A model generated the notes under the pieces. It was not told the DNA's origin and searched no databases. It saw only the letters and a program-made list of their open reading frames with translations. A DNA stretch of 64,000 nucleotides from Antedon mediterranea. Lineage: Eukaryota; Animalia; Echinodermata. Of this stretch, positions 38,399-51,319 are shown in pieces. Numbering within the stretch: the first letter of the stretch is position 1; the number at the start of each line of letters is the position of its first letter. The translations under genes were made by a program, and so were the position numbers. The stretch covers positions 12,710,001 to 12,774,000 of the forward strand of contig NC_092674.1 in assembly GCF_964355755.1 (NCBI RefSeq). The letters are read 5' to 3'.

Positions 38399-38726
38399 AA
38401 AATATTTAGTCATAATATAATTATTGTAAATAATTAATATTATTATATAAACTATTTACAAATTACAGATAAAAAAAAATCAAAATTAAGACCAAAGATG
38501 TGGATAATTTCCATGTGGGAGAGTGGAGATGTATCTGCTGTGTGTAACAATTTTTCCTACTTTTGTATTTTGTACCATTTATGAATTAATTTTCAAACTT
38601 ATTATACCACATTGATTTAAAAGAAATGAGGGAAACATTTTTGTTTTCTTATATACCACATTTTGAGTGAGTTCATAAGTGGAAGAAAAAAAAATTGCAA
38701 CCAAATGTTTTTAATTTTTCTTTTAG

Positions 38727-38802
38727 GTTGGCGGGCTGACCTTACCAAACGATGGTGAATGTCATTTAGATGATCAAGGATAATACTCATTCTGTAAAAA
38801 AT
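38727..38802 (+). pseudogene. Integrin beta betaA exon with premature stop
   Basis: VGGLTLPNDGECHLDDQG*YS; in-frame TAA at 38781. Confidence 0.85.
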
Positions 38803-38943
38803 GTAACTAATTTTCTGATTTACTTTTCTGATTTAATTTATCATTGTTGTGTTACTTATGTAAATACGGACAATAGTCCAAATATGAGATTGAATTGAAA
38901 TCATATAAAAAACTCAATTAATTTAATTACAATAATAATAATA

Positions 38944-39109
38944 CGGTCAACTCTACCAACTGAACTCTCTGAAAACTGGAAACTTTCCCAAAACCAGACG
39001 TTTCTTGAATTAAAAATTAATTTTTACCATTAAAAACAAATTCTGAATACCAGAATTGCCATACATTTTAGCCCAGCCCAAAGATTTCTGATATTGAGAG
39101 AGTTGACTG
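38944..39109. mobile_element. Tc1/mariner (pogo/Tigger-like) MITE
   Basis: TA|CGGTCAACTCT...AGAGTTGACTG|TA. Confidence 0.65.
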
Positions 39110-39139
39110 TATTATCTATTAAAAATCCACATAATTCTA

Positions 39140-42100
39140 TCAGAGGGGAAACAAGACAAAATGGCGCATGCACTATCTGAACCCACGCTTTCAGTTGATG
39201 TCTAATAAAATGGACAAACTTAGAGCGAACGCGAAATACTTTCGTGAATTCCGTGATGCCAGTATAATGTCATTCACTGAAACATGGTTGCAGGATAGGC
39301 ATAATGATTCTCATATCGAAATTAATGGTTTTAAAATACTTAGGGGAGACAGAACATGTGAATCAGGAAAGAAAAGGAGTGGTGGTATCTGTATTTACGT
39401 CAACGAAAGATATTGTCACCAAAATAACGCAGTCGTGAAGAAGCACAGATGCTCACCAAATTGTGAAATTCTTGTTGTAAGCGTACGCCCCTATTATATA
39501 CCCAGGGAATTTTCACACGTTGTCATTGTTACTGTATATATTTCCAAAACAAATCTGGTTAATAATGCACTGCATCGACAGAGATTGCAGAAGTACTGTA
39601 CGACATAGACTTGCCCCAAGTCTGTATTGTTTTTTATTTTTATTTATTTGTTTTTATTTCGACTGCGATTTTTGTCTGAAAATACAGACTTGTGAAACAC
39701 GTATAGAAATCGATTTGCAGACCGCAAACATCCGATAAGAATGACGTAGGTTATCATACCGTATTTGGCTATATGGGGCGGGCGGTATGTAAATATGGAT
39801 TTCGAATCAACCAATGATCATTTTGTTTCAAAATGAAAAAGATCGAGTACGTACAGTGCTGAATGTACGATCGAGACTGTTGAAATATGAAATCGTGTTG
39901 CCAAGTTGTTTTGTTTATTAATTGTTTAGTCCTTAGCTTAGGCCTCCTTCGTAGGTCCTACTCAACTCGAACGTATGACCTGCCAAATAAAACGCCAATA
40001 AGGTAGGCCTACATACCACCACCGGCACACAACAGGATTCAAACACAACAGACAGGGCTACACCACTACACAGTACAGGACAGGGTCTGGGTGGGAATTA
40101 AATCAAATTATCTCCGCGTAATAATAATATTAAATGATCCATTCAATGTTTGATTTGCGGAGAAGCAAGACGAGTTTTCTTGGGAAAAATCCCATCAAAT
40201 GTTTACCAGACTACTACTAGGCATACGGTATAAAATCATTTCTAGCCTTCAGAAACTTTCATTAATGTACCCAAGTACACATTTTCTAAACGTAACATAG
40301 CGCATGCGTACCTTCTTAGTTGTTGAGTCTTTGAAATTCTGAAACATGAATATTAAAACGGTGTACGAGTGAGTAGCCAATCGCATGCAGCTGAAACTAG
40401 TCAACCGGATAATCTATGCACCAAGAATTCTTGGTGTCAAACCACGTGACTTTTGCGTGTTTCCCCAGACGGAGTATCCAAACTCAAGTAATACACATAT
40501 GAAACGCCATATGTGCAATATTTATATTTTTACTAATATTAAGTAAAAACTCAGTCTGGAGCCCAGACTATGTACGACATAGAAGCTACCTCGCCCGATG
40601 CATTCGTTGTCATTAACGGAGATTTTAATCGCGGATCATTGAAGAAGACAAGCGAGTACTACTACCAACACGTTACATGTCCTACGCTCGAAACAAGTAT
40701 ATTAGACCTTTGCTACACAAACGTGAAAAACGCATATGTTTCAACCCAGTGGACGTGCTTGGGAGATCATTTTTTAATCGTACTAAACCCGAAATACATT
40801 CCATTAGTTAAACGAGAGAAGCCAAGGACTATTAAAGTAAAGAAATGGACAGCGGAAGCAAAGGAACGCCTACAAGATGCATTTGATGATACGGACTGGG
40901 AGATGTTTATTAATAACGCTAATGATCTGAATGAACTTACGGACACAGTGTCTGAATATATAAACTTTTGTAGTGATATGCTTATCCCAACTAAAAAGGT
41001 TAAAGTGTTTGCGAATAATAAACCGTGGATAACCAAAGATGTGAAAATTATTATTAACCGGAAACAGAAAGCATTTGCTGAAGGTAATAAAGCGAATCTA
41101 AAAGAGGTCCAAAAAGAATTAAAATGTGCAATACGTAAAGAAAAATACAAGTTTATAAATAAGGTTGAAAAGAAGTTCACGGAAAATAACATGAAAGAGG
41201 TGTGGCAAGGAATGAGGTTAATGAGTGGACATATACATAATAAACAAAAATCTGTATCACTACCAAAAATTGACAAAGAATATGCAAATGAATTAAATAT
41301 ATTTTTCAATCGTTTGAACAAATATGATTTTTCAAAAGAAATTAAGGAACGGAAGTGTCAGCTTGAATCAAATATAAATGACATAAAAAAAAAGTATTTT
41401 AGAAATTTGAATGCTAAGAAAGCTCCCGGGCCCAATAAACTTAAACCAAATATTTTAAAATCATGTGCAATGCAGTTATCGTATATTTTCTCAATTATTT
41501 TTAATTTGTGTTTCACAACTAGTTCACTTCCAGAAACATGGAAACAATCATCTATTGTTCCTATTCCAAAAAGCCGTGTTATTAAAGTATATTAATGATC
41601 TCAGGCCAGTTGCCTTAACATCAGTTGTAGGTAAAATATGTGAGAAAATTGTTTTAAAATGCTTAAAACCAATAGTCACTACGCATACTGATCCCATGCA
41701 ATTTGCATACAGAAGTGCTCGGAGCACAGAAGATGCGATTGTCGTTAAACTTGAAAGGCTGTATCGTCATTTAGATAAACAAAGGTTGGAAATTCAGCCC
41801 GTGTTATGTATTACGACTTCTCCTCTGCGTTTAACACTATTCAACCCCATTTACTAGTAGATAAGCTGTGTGAGATGGCCATTCCCTTTAATTTGATTCT
41901 TTTTATTCTGAATTTTCTAACAAACAGAAAGCAGTATGTGAAGCTTAGCCCAACAGTATGTTCTGATGTTATTGTTTCCAATACAGGTGCGCGACAATGC
42001 ACTGTATTAGCCCCTTTTTTGTTTACCTTGTATACAAGTGATTAACGATCTAAATATGATTCTTGCCCAGTTGTACGATTTGCTGACGATACGGCGATGA

Positions 42101-42883
42101 TTGGCTTGATTCAGAAGGACGATTGCACTTCATATTTAAATGAGATTAATAATTTTGTAAAATATAGTAATGATAACTTTTTAGAATTGAATGTTGAAAA
42201 AACAAATGATTATAGATTTTAGAAAGAAAACGAATAAATGTGATCTAGTTGACATAATGGGTAGACAAGTTCAGAGGGTGGAAACATATAAATATCTGGG
42301 GGTTGTATTTAACAATAAATTGACGTGGAGTAACCACTTGGATCTTGTTATGAAGAAAGTAAATACTAGAATGTACTGTTTAAGACAACTAAACAAGTTC
42401 AGTGTAAATAATAATATTTTGATTACATTCTATCAGTCTATTATTGTTGGGGTTTGGAAATATTGTATTGCAGGGTGGGGTGGAAATGTTACAGAGGGAG
42501 ATAAGGGTAGAATTGATCGTGTGTTACGAAGGGTTGAGAGGATGTCTGGTTTGTGTCAGCAGTCGGTGGATTCAGTTTATTGCGAGAACCTGGACAGGCT
42601 TTTTGGGATGGTGTTGAGGGATGAAAGTCATCCGCGGCTGCTGACACAAACCGATATCTTTTCTCCTTTCTGCCCACAGGTATCAGGAGACACCAGCGAC
42701 ATTCATCCAGATGAGCACCATGAAATAATATGTAATAATATGTTCTTGTTGTGAGTTTTTAATATTGGTATTGTTGTATTGTCATGTTATTTTATATATT
42801 GTAATTATGATGTATTTGAAGACGAGCAATGTAATTTTCTCCTTGTGGGAACGAATAAAGATTATACTTGATACTTGATACTT
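39140..42883 (+). mobile_element. Rex1/Babar-clade LINE, decayed, split by a DNA-element insertion
   Basis: FTETW, RPYYIPREFSHV, GDFN, NDLRPVALTS, YYDFSSAFNTIQP and FADD across frameshifted ORFs. The 3' end is GACGAGCAATG..AATAAAG plus (ATACTTG)n. Confidence 0.88.
39606..40570. mobile_element. 965-bp non-autonomous DNA element with TAG...CTA ends, terminal hairpins and a 9-bp TSD (AcademH-like)
   Basis: TGTACGACA at 39597-39605 and 40571-40579; it interrupts the LINE endonuclease coding sequence. Family assignment is inference. Confidence 0.75.
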
Positions 42884-42912
42884 CTCAAACGCATGTCAAT
42901 TTCTTGTTATGC

Positions 42913-43210
42913 ATTTTATTTTATTTTATTTTATTCAATTTTCAGGCACAATACATGACAACACAGCGGTGCAGCACCCTGAGGATTTCCGTGAGTGCAA
43001 AGCACTATCGAGATGGCTCTCCAAATACTGCACTAGAACATATAAGACAAACATATACACAAGATGCTCTACATAGACAAAGACTTATTATTAAGTCTTT
43101 GGGAGTGGAGTTGTAAATTGTCATGAGAAAAAAAAACCCTGACATATGACAGGACTTGAACCCAGGACCCTTAGATTGGTAGCATCATAACCACCAAGCC
43201 ACAGCTCCAC
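42913..43210 (-). mobile_element. tRNA-derived SINE, same head as 23316 but a different tail
   Basis: Minus strand reads GTGGAGCTGTGGCTTGGTGG...GGTTCAAGTCC; the tail ends (TAAAA)n and recurs alone at 45972-46100. Confidence 0.75.
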
Positions 43211-43295
43211 TCCCTCTCTCCTATTATGCTAAAAAATGGATCAATACAAAGTATGATTGATATACCTATTTTACATTTACTTTGTTTATTTTCAG

Positions 43296-43412
43296 GATTT
43301 TCCATCTTTAGGACAGCTTCATGAGAAATTATTAGGAAGAAATGTACTGTAATTCCAATTTTTGCAGTAGCAAAATCAAAATGATTCAAGTGATGATTCA
43401 GCTCTTTATCAG
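43296..43412 (+). pseudogene. Integrin beta betaA exon with frameshifts
   Basis: DFPSLGQLHEKLLGRNV, then a 5-bp duplication (TGTAC/TGTAA); VIPIFAVAKS follows in a shifted frame and is followed by TGA. Confidence 0.85.
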
Positions 43413-43533
43413 GTATTGAATATGTTGAATCATAAAGATAGAATACATTCTAGTATCTTGTGTTAGTTCTTTAGAATACTCCACATGCTAGTCCTATTAG
43501 TGCATGGGTTTAGTATATCTGATACTTGATCAA

Positions 43534-43566
<33 letters not shown>

Positions 43567-43827
43567 CCCTGAAAAATTATGGTTGGATATGCCATTTTAA
43601 TGTCCTGTAATAGTTCTTCCATTCCAAAAAATAGGTCGGAAAAAAATGATTTAGCTACCTGCCAGCAGTGCAGCATCTACCCAGATAAGCACGCCAAGAG
43701 ATTGACCCCTGCTCTTTTTCGAATAATGGACCGAGTTCTTTAACATGCATTGTACAAGGGGCCAGCGGCTTTATGTCCCATTGAGAGTATGATGTATATT
43801 TTAATTTGTATTTCTTTATTTCAACAG

Positions 43828-43920
43828 TAAGTTGTAAATGAGTTTTTCCCAGGTGGATCTGTGGGAACACTAGCTAGTGATTCAAGAAACATTATTGAAC
43901 TTGTTCGTAGTAGTTATGAT
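43828..43920 (+). pseudogene. Integrin beta last betaA exon, starts with TAA
   Basis: *VVNEFFPGGSVGTLASDSRNIIELVRSSYD followed by a GTAAGT donor. Confidence 0.85.
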
Positions 43921-44592
43921 GTAAGTTTGCAGTTTTTCATAGCACATTTATTTTTATTTGAGATTTTTTCCCATTAGTTTTTTTTTACCAATTATTATGT
44001 CAAACATTTATGTTTGTGGAACAATTTTTTGATTTATAGGCCTTTATCGAGTGTAAATAAAATTAGGCCTACATTCCATTAGAACTTCTTTTTCTACAGA
44101 CTTTACGATGAATAAAGTTGTTAATGATATTGCAATATATTTTTTTTTTTATAGTATTTATATGCATTTTTAATGTTTATACAAATTATATTATAAATGT
44201 TTTTTATACAATCAGTGCAATAGGCGACCTACTAGATAGTGATTAAGTTTGCTTTTTAGGAATCCTGTCTCTGCCTGATTTTATGTGATGTTTTCTTTTC
44301 TTTGTCCATGTTTTTCTATATTGTACTTTTATGGAGACAAAAATAAATGAAATTAAATAAAGTTTGATGTAAATTTAATATAAATTAAACATTTAACTAC
44401 ATAAAAAGAATTAACCTCAATTAAAGTAACTTTTTTCTTGTTCAAAATTACTTTAATTCTTTAAAAAACATCTTTCACACAGATGTGAAGTTATACACCA
44501 TGCAGCGAAAGGATTAATGCACACATTTTGTTTATTGCACATGTTTTATTAGTTATTAATATCATAGTTAATTAAAATAATAGTTTTTATAG

Positions 44593-44777
44593 AAAATTAC
44601 ATCTGAGATTCAACTTGTAGACACGGTGACAGCTCCTATTCATGTAACCTACTCAGCCTATTGCGATGGCGAGACATTGACGCCTAATTCGCAGAACTGT
44701 AGTAACATTCGCTTAGGAAATGTCATTAAATTTAAACTAGATGTTAGTGTCGATGAGTGTACAGCAAATCCTTTCTC
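44593..44777 (+). CDS. Integrin beta exon: C-terminal half of hybrid domain
   Basis: KITSEIQLV...YSAYC...NCSNIRLGNVIKFKLDVSVDEC; AG/GT boundaries, ends in phase 2. Confidence 0.85.
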
Positions 44778-45524
44778 GTAAGACATGATTACATTGTTTA
44801 TTACCAATCACAAGTGAGGCATTGACCTTGGTGCATGCGTTGGAACGCTTAAAATAAATGTTTCTGCTGCCCAAGCCTGTCCGACCTAAAATTTGGTTAG
44901 CTTCTTTTTAAATTTTTTTTATTGTAGGAGCATTTAATAAAAAAGCACAATTAAAAAACATCTTTGTTTTTGTAATTGCATGCAAACATTTCTCTAGTGT
45001 CCTCTATTTCTATTGTAAAGTTTTGCCCATTTTATTAAATCTAAAATTTATATTATTTATTCATAAAACACAAAATAGATAAAAAAAATTGTCCTACTGA
45101 TATGACCATGTATTTCAATTGATGGTGTTCCTGGGCAACATAACAATTTGTTTAGGGCTTTTAGATTTACAATCAGCTTTGTGTTTCTAGCATTTCCCTT
45201 TTAAATGCTGTGACATAATCAATAATGATGATTTTAATGGTGGCAATAAAGCATGAAGATGACATAATATGAATGAATGAAGATAATGGCTTTGATGTTG
45301 AATCATCATGAATATGATACTATCATTAAGAAAACTTCTTTTATTTCTTTTTTCAAAATTATGATTATTATTATTTGTAAAATGTCCATTTATTGAATAA
45401 ATGGTATGATACGATGATGATTAATTTTGAATACTATGCAGTGGTTGAACAAATAAGAACTTTTATCTAATATTAATAAGTTACAGAGTACATGATGTGC
45501 TAGAAATTTTATCAAAATGTTTAG

Positions 45525-45761
45525 TTTTTCAGTTAAACCTCTTGGATTTGAAGAGAACCTAGAAGTTGTCATAATAACAAATTGTGAATGTGAATGTACC
45601 AAGTCTGTGACACCAGGCAGTGAGCTATGTAGCAATGGTAATGGTTCACTGGTCTGTGGTATTTGTGAGTGTAATGAAAACCGGTATGGAAAGGTCTGTG
45701 AATGTGATGACACTGGCTCAGATGAAACTGAAACACTTGCAGATAGTTTACCATGTCAAAC
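45525..45761 (+). CDS. Integrin beta exon: hybrid end and EGF1
   Basis: FSVKPLGFEENLEV...CECEC...CSNGNGSLVCGICEC..GKVCEC; phases 2/2. Confidence 0.92.
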
Positions 45762-45971
45762 GTAAGTTAATTTTTCTAAGGTTTTTTCAACTTCTTTACA
45801 TTTTTTTCTTTTTGGAAAAGCATGATATACCGCTAACCTAGTTTTTTAACTAGTGTTTATTCATCATACATCAAGCATTAACAAAAATATTGCTGTTGAG
45901 TATTTTACTAATGTTTAACCATTATTTTCTGAACACATACTGTAAACTTTTATTGTTTACTTATTATGTTC

Positions 45972-46100
45972 AAGTGCAGTATATGGAGAGCCATCTCGAT
46001 AGTGCTTTGCACTCATGGCAATCCTCAGGATGCTGCACCGCTGTCTTGTCATGTTTTTTGTGTGCCTGAAAATTGAATAAAATTAAAAAAATAAAATAAA
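45972..46100 (+). mobile_element. Retroposon 3'-tail fragment
   Basis: Reverse-complement match to 42913-43035, with an A-rich tail. Confidence 0.65.
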
Positions 46101-46226
46101 ACTATAGAGGGCAGAAATCATAATTTTGATTTCTTATTTTCAATATTTATGAAATGATGTATAGGCCTATATGTACTTTATGTTTAAAAAATATGAGTCA
46201 AATCCTATTTTTATTTATTTCAATAG

Positions 46227-46299
46227 AAGTAACTCATCTTTGGTTTGTTCAGGTCAAGGGTCATGCATATGTGGGAAATGTGTGTGTAACAAGCGACAA
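46227..46299 (+). CDS. Integrin beta exon: EGF2
   Basis: SNSSLVCSGQGSCICGKCVCNKRQ; phases 2/0. Confidence 0.9.
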
Positions 46300-46888
46300 G
46301 TAGGTGAACTATATGATTTTATAGTTTTCTTATTGGGGCATATCAGTAGGTCAACTATTACAGTATGTACTGTGAGTATACTATAGTGGGTCAATTAGAG
46401 GAAAAAAGAAGTTTTTTAAAATCTGTTGCTGATGATAATTGACAATTAGTAAGTGCAAAAGATTAAAAATAATGTAACCCTATAAATAGAGAATGTCACT
46501 CTTTTATATAGGGTTTGAGAGGAGGAGGCAAGACTCAAGTAGTCAATTTGTTATTTATAACTACTATACACGGTTTCTCTATTTCTAAATTGGTCAACTG
46601 CTATGTGATCAACAGTTACACTGGTGACGTGATCAGTTAGTTAAAAAAAATATATACAATCAATAAATATATATTACAGTTCAATAAAAATGTTATTACC
46701 ATATTAACATGTTTATAATGCCAAGCTAGATTATAATCCAACCCACTAATTTTTTGCCAAATGTTGTAACCCGGATCCTGATTATTATAATAATTGGTCA
46801 TATATTTTTTTGAATGCGATTAATATAATATAAAATGTATTATAAATAGAGCTTTTTTGTTATGATTAATATTTTTTTCTTTTTCAAG

Positions 46889-46973
46889 AATCCTTTAGAA
46901 AAAATCACAGGAAAGTTTTGCAACTGTGATAACTTCTCTTGTCGCAGAGATTCTGCTGACCTCATTTGTGGTG
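46889..46973 (+). CDS. Integrin beta exon: EGF2/3
   Basis: NPLEKITGKFCNCDNFSCRRDSADLICG; phases 0/1. Confidence 0.9.
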
Positions 46974-47441
46974 GTATGTTCAATTTTGTTTATATTATTT
47001 TCTTTGGAATTTGGTTAATTTAAGCTCTGCTGACAATTTTAAGGACCATATCAGCATTTTTCTACTACAGTAACTAAATATCTTAAATATGATTTTAGTC
47101 TGTTTCAAATGTAGAAGCTATGATAGTCATTGCAATAAACAGTGTGTAATATTACCCAAAAAAGATTATTAGATTATTGCATAAACAGGTTAAACAGAAA
47201 CAAAATAGTTTAGTTACTGCAATAACTGCAATAAGATAATCAATCTCTGTAGAAAATTTATTATATTATTTCTCAGTGATTTTTTTTTTTATTGTGAATT
47301 GCCTTTGAACATTAAGGTAGTATACAAATGAGGTATTTAATTATTATTAATTATTATAAAAATGGTTTTGAGCATCTTGTGTATAATATACAGTATGCTC
47401 TGTGCTATATAACATGGACTTGATAGAGTTTATTTATGACT

Positions 47442-47559
47442 AAGCTCTGTCTACACTATCACACTTTCTGTGCCTAAATTGACGTGCCAATGGACACGAT
47501 AACATCATATTCAATACCCTTTTTTTTGTCAAACTAGTGTGATAGTGTAGACAGAGCTT
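47442..47559. mobile_element. Short MITE, AGCTCTGTCTACACTATC family
   Basis: Perfect TIR AAGCTCTGTCTACACTATCACACT / AGTGTGATAGTGTAGACAGAGCTT. Confidence 0.85.
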
Positions 47560-47583
47560 ATAGGTATTTATTAACGTTGATAG

Positions 47584-47786
47584 GTCCATCAAAAGGAACA
47601 TGCATTTGTGGTCAGTGTGAATGCAAGCCAGGCTATAGTGGTCCTGATTGCAGTTGTCCAACGAGCATTGAAAACTGCCTAGCATCTACTGGAAAAGAGT
47701 GCAATGACGCTGGACACTGTGAATGTGGTGTTTGCATGTGTAATGCAACACTGGTCTACGATGGCCCAACTTGTGAGGATTGTGAT
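47584..47786 (+). CDS. Integrin beta exon: EGF3/4
   Basis: PSKGTCICGQCECKPGYSGPDCSC...CNDAGHCECGVCMC...GPTCEDCD; phases 1/0. Confidence 0.92.
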
Positions 47787-48149
47787 GTAAGTTCATTTAT
47801 ATTAAAATCTTAATGCATCCTTAAATTCAAATGTATGATGTCATCATCATCAGGATTTATCAAATGTCCTATTCATGAAATATTAATACATTGTTGAGAC
47901 CCCATTTCATCATTTTAACATTGTACAGTACCATAATAATTTATACAGCACCATTCTTTTTCCAATGATTTTTCTGATGATGAATAAATGTACTTCTATT
48001 TTCTATGTAAAACTGTCTTAAGTTTAAGTCATGTGACACCCATCAGTAAATCGTTCTATAGACGATCCGTTCCACCTATATTTTGTACTTACTATAGGAC
48101 TATCATGTACAGAACCTCAAATGACCATAATCATATTTACTGTTTGTAG

Positions 48150-48279
48150 ACATGTCCAGCTAAATGTGATCGCAATCGTGACTGTGTGCAATGTCTAGCT
48201 TACGGTACAGGTATATCTGAGGAAAAATGCCAAGAGTGTCCTCAAAGAATTATACTTGTTGAGGAAGAAGAATTAATAG
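48150..48279 (+). CDS. Integrin beta exon: beta-tail domain
   Basis: TCPAKCDRNRDCVQCLAYGTG..EEKCQEC; phases 0/1. Confidence 0.9.
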
Positions 48280-50615
48280 GTAAGAATTGTGGAAACATTT
48301 TAATTACAAAGTAATAAACTAATTTATTTTATTATATTTGTCTTCAAGATTCTGATAAACCTTAATTGTTTCATTTCTTTTATTTTAACCATCCGATAAA
48401 AAAACTTTATAAAGGATAAAACACCGATTAAATTACATTAGTACAATTCAATGTATTGAGTTGCCATGTTGTAATTGGTGGTTCACAGTGTTGATAAACT
48501 ATAAAGTATAGTAGGACAAGCATATGACAATTTAGGAAATGTTTCTGGTTCGTTCAGGGAAGAGGGCCTTATGCATATGTTGCTTTCGCGACACATGTGT
48601 TGCGTACTAAACTTACTGTCGAAGCAAAATCAAAATGAACAAGTATTTTAACAAAACTTTTCTCTCAAAACTACGCTGTTATGCAAATGAACGAAAATGA
48701 ATGCTCTTTATTAGCTATCTGTTCATGATGTTATAAGAACTGTATAATCTATACTGAGTTTTAGCAGGTACTGTATAATTTATGGTATTGTAAAATATTA
48801 TTATAAGGATTTTCTTAAGCACTTAAAGGAAATCTTCTGTGATCTAATAGTTTTATATACTAGCTGTTTATTATCTTGAATTATTAAAGATTTGTAAAAA
48901 ATAAAGATTATTTATAAGGAAAGAAGAAGGTTTAATTGGTAAGAAGTCGAAAAGTTGAAAAGTAATAAACTAATTTATTATATTTATTTTTTATTTAATT
49001 TCATTTATATATTCATCCGTTGATTAAATTGATTAAAAAATGGTCCTCATCATCTGTTTTCCATGGGGTTGTGTATTGCTGATCTAGCGAATTATAGGGC
49101 TAGGCCTGTTTGTGTTAATCAAAAGCTTTCAGCACTTGCATATTGATGTTTCCAGTTCATAAATTCCTTTCAGGGAAATTGGTTGTTCGAATAGTTTTTA
49201 CTTTTTGCGAACTGAAAAAAAAATCAGGAATTGATGGAAGTAATTCTCGGGTGGGACATAAACCCATGACTTTTGGCAGTAATGACTAAAACATTGTTTG
49301 CAAAAACATTTTGTTTACTTTCAAAATGTAAATCGCGTTAAAAAAGTACTGCTCTATCCACTGTTGAAATATATCCCCTATGATGAAAATTATGCATTGC
49401 TTTCTATAAAAACCTTGTATCTCCACATAGTTTTACAGGTGGATGCTTTATATTTTGTGCTAGGTAGGTGTGTAATGAATTGGAAAATGCCAGAGATTTC
49501 AGTAAAATATAAAACTTAATAATAAATATATAATACATTTCTGGTTTTAGATAAGTATTTTGATAAAATGCCACACAGATTCCAGTAATAATAATAATAA
49601 TAAAATTCTGGTTTTTATTATTTGGAATTATTTCACAATTTTTAAGACATATAATACAAGGGTTAGCCATGATTTTGTAATAAATGTCTAGGAATCACTC
49701 TGATGTTGGTATGGAAACCAAGGAATTCACTCTGATATTGGTATAAAAACAACAACATCACTTTGATGTTGGTACGAAAACGGCGTATTGTACAGTACAA
49801 ATCAAAACTTTGTATGAGCCAATAAATATGTGTTTCGACAAAAAACACAACATTTTCTGCTTTCTGATTGGCTGTTGTTCTGACAACTTATTGGGTTAAG
49901 AAATATGGTATATATTAAAAAATATTTTATTGATGTTAATAAAATAATCTGATGGCAATTGGATTCAATTTAGAAATGATAATACTAATATTGCTGGTAC
50001 AATCAATGAAACATGTAGATTACATTAACATCATAAAAAATAACTATTTGAAGTAAAGTGTCCTTAAAAACGTATGGTGTACGTTATTGTCAACGCAATG
50101 GATTATACAAACTGTCAATTATGATTGGTCAACTCATTAGCGTTTGTAGCGATTTCTGTTTTTTAAATCATTTTTTTCTGATTTTAATTATTTTTTAAAT
50201 TATTTTATTTATTTATAAATTTTGTTTTTAAGTGTTATATTTTTATGTTGTCTTGTCAAATTATTTTGTACTAAGGGTCCCTATTATGATCAGCTTTGTC
50301 TGGATGTACTATCCTTGTTAAATATTGTTGAAATAAAATAAATATGAGGACCACACCTTTTGGTTAAAAAAACATTTTTTGAATATTGCCACTTAACTTT
50401 ATTTTATATGAAACATAACCATGACTTTATGTTTGTTTAATGAAACGCATCACCATTGTACTCTACAATTGTCTTAACCTTTTATTGAAATATCTGGTAT
50501 CTTTATAGATAGAAAGTAGTTCACTACAGTTAAAATTATAAAAGTGTATAAAAATAAAATAATAGTATGGAGGTTATGAATTTATTTATGCCAAATTGGT
50601 GGGCTTTTTTCACAG

Positions 50616-50723
50616 TAAATGGAACTGATCCTTGTACATACAAAGATGAACTTGGTTGTCTCTTCTCTTTTAACTTTGTTATGAATGGAACAATGGAGGT
50701 GATTCTGGTACAGAAAATAACAT
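50616..50723 (+). CDS. Integrin beta exon: beta-tail domain
   Basis: NGTDPCTYKDELGCLFSFNF...ILVQKIT; phases 1/1. Confidence 0.88.
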
Positions 50724-50776
50724 GTAAGTAATGTAAAAAGAAAACCCCAGCAAAATGAAACCCAATACATTGTCTA

Positions 50777-50907
50777 AAGCTCTGTCTACACTATCAAACT
50801 TTATGTGACAAAAATATGTTATGTGACCATATATGGTGATGAAAACTACCGTAATGGGTACATTACACTTTTTTGTCAAACTATTTTGATAGTGTAGACA
50901 TAGAGCT
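50777..50907. mobile_element. Short MITE, AGCTCTGTCTACACTATC family
   Basis: Same TIRs as the 47442 copy. Confidence 0.8.
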
Positions 50908-51319
50908 ATATATTGAGATCTCTGTGCACTTCACGCACGCGCACGCACACCTTCATATATACAGTATACATCCCCTCATTTGACAGGGACAATTTGATGG
51001 ACATCCTAGGCATACTGAACTTTTTTCACAAACAATTACAAAAGAGTACCATCAGTAACCTGTATTCTTTGTATATTAAACATCTTTTATTTTTCAATTT
51101 GAGACATGCACTTCATTATTATACTAGACTTGTTTGTACAAAGTATGTGAAATGCATGATAGAGTTAGAGTGGAAAAAATGATTGTAATGGCTTTTTTGT
51201 AGGAAATATAAAATGTCAGTCAAGTGCAGCAAACACGGCTTGTCTTGATTCAACATGTGCAACACTTCATGTTAATAATTTATATGAATATTTATCAACA
51301 TGTCGTACTTTATTTTCAG

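Noticed and set aside
40767-41321. 184-aa antisense ORF, and similar antisense ORFs over the LINEs
   Set aside because: Shadows of LINE coding sequence with no independent motifs.
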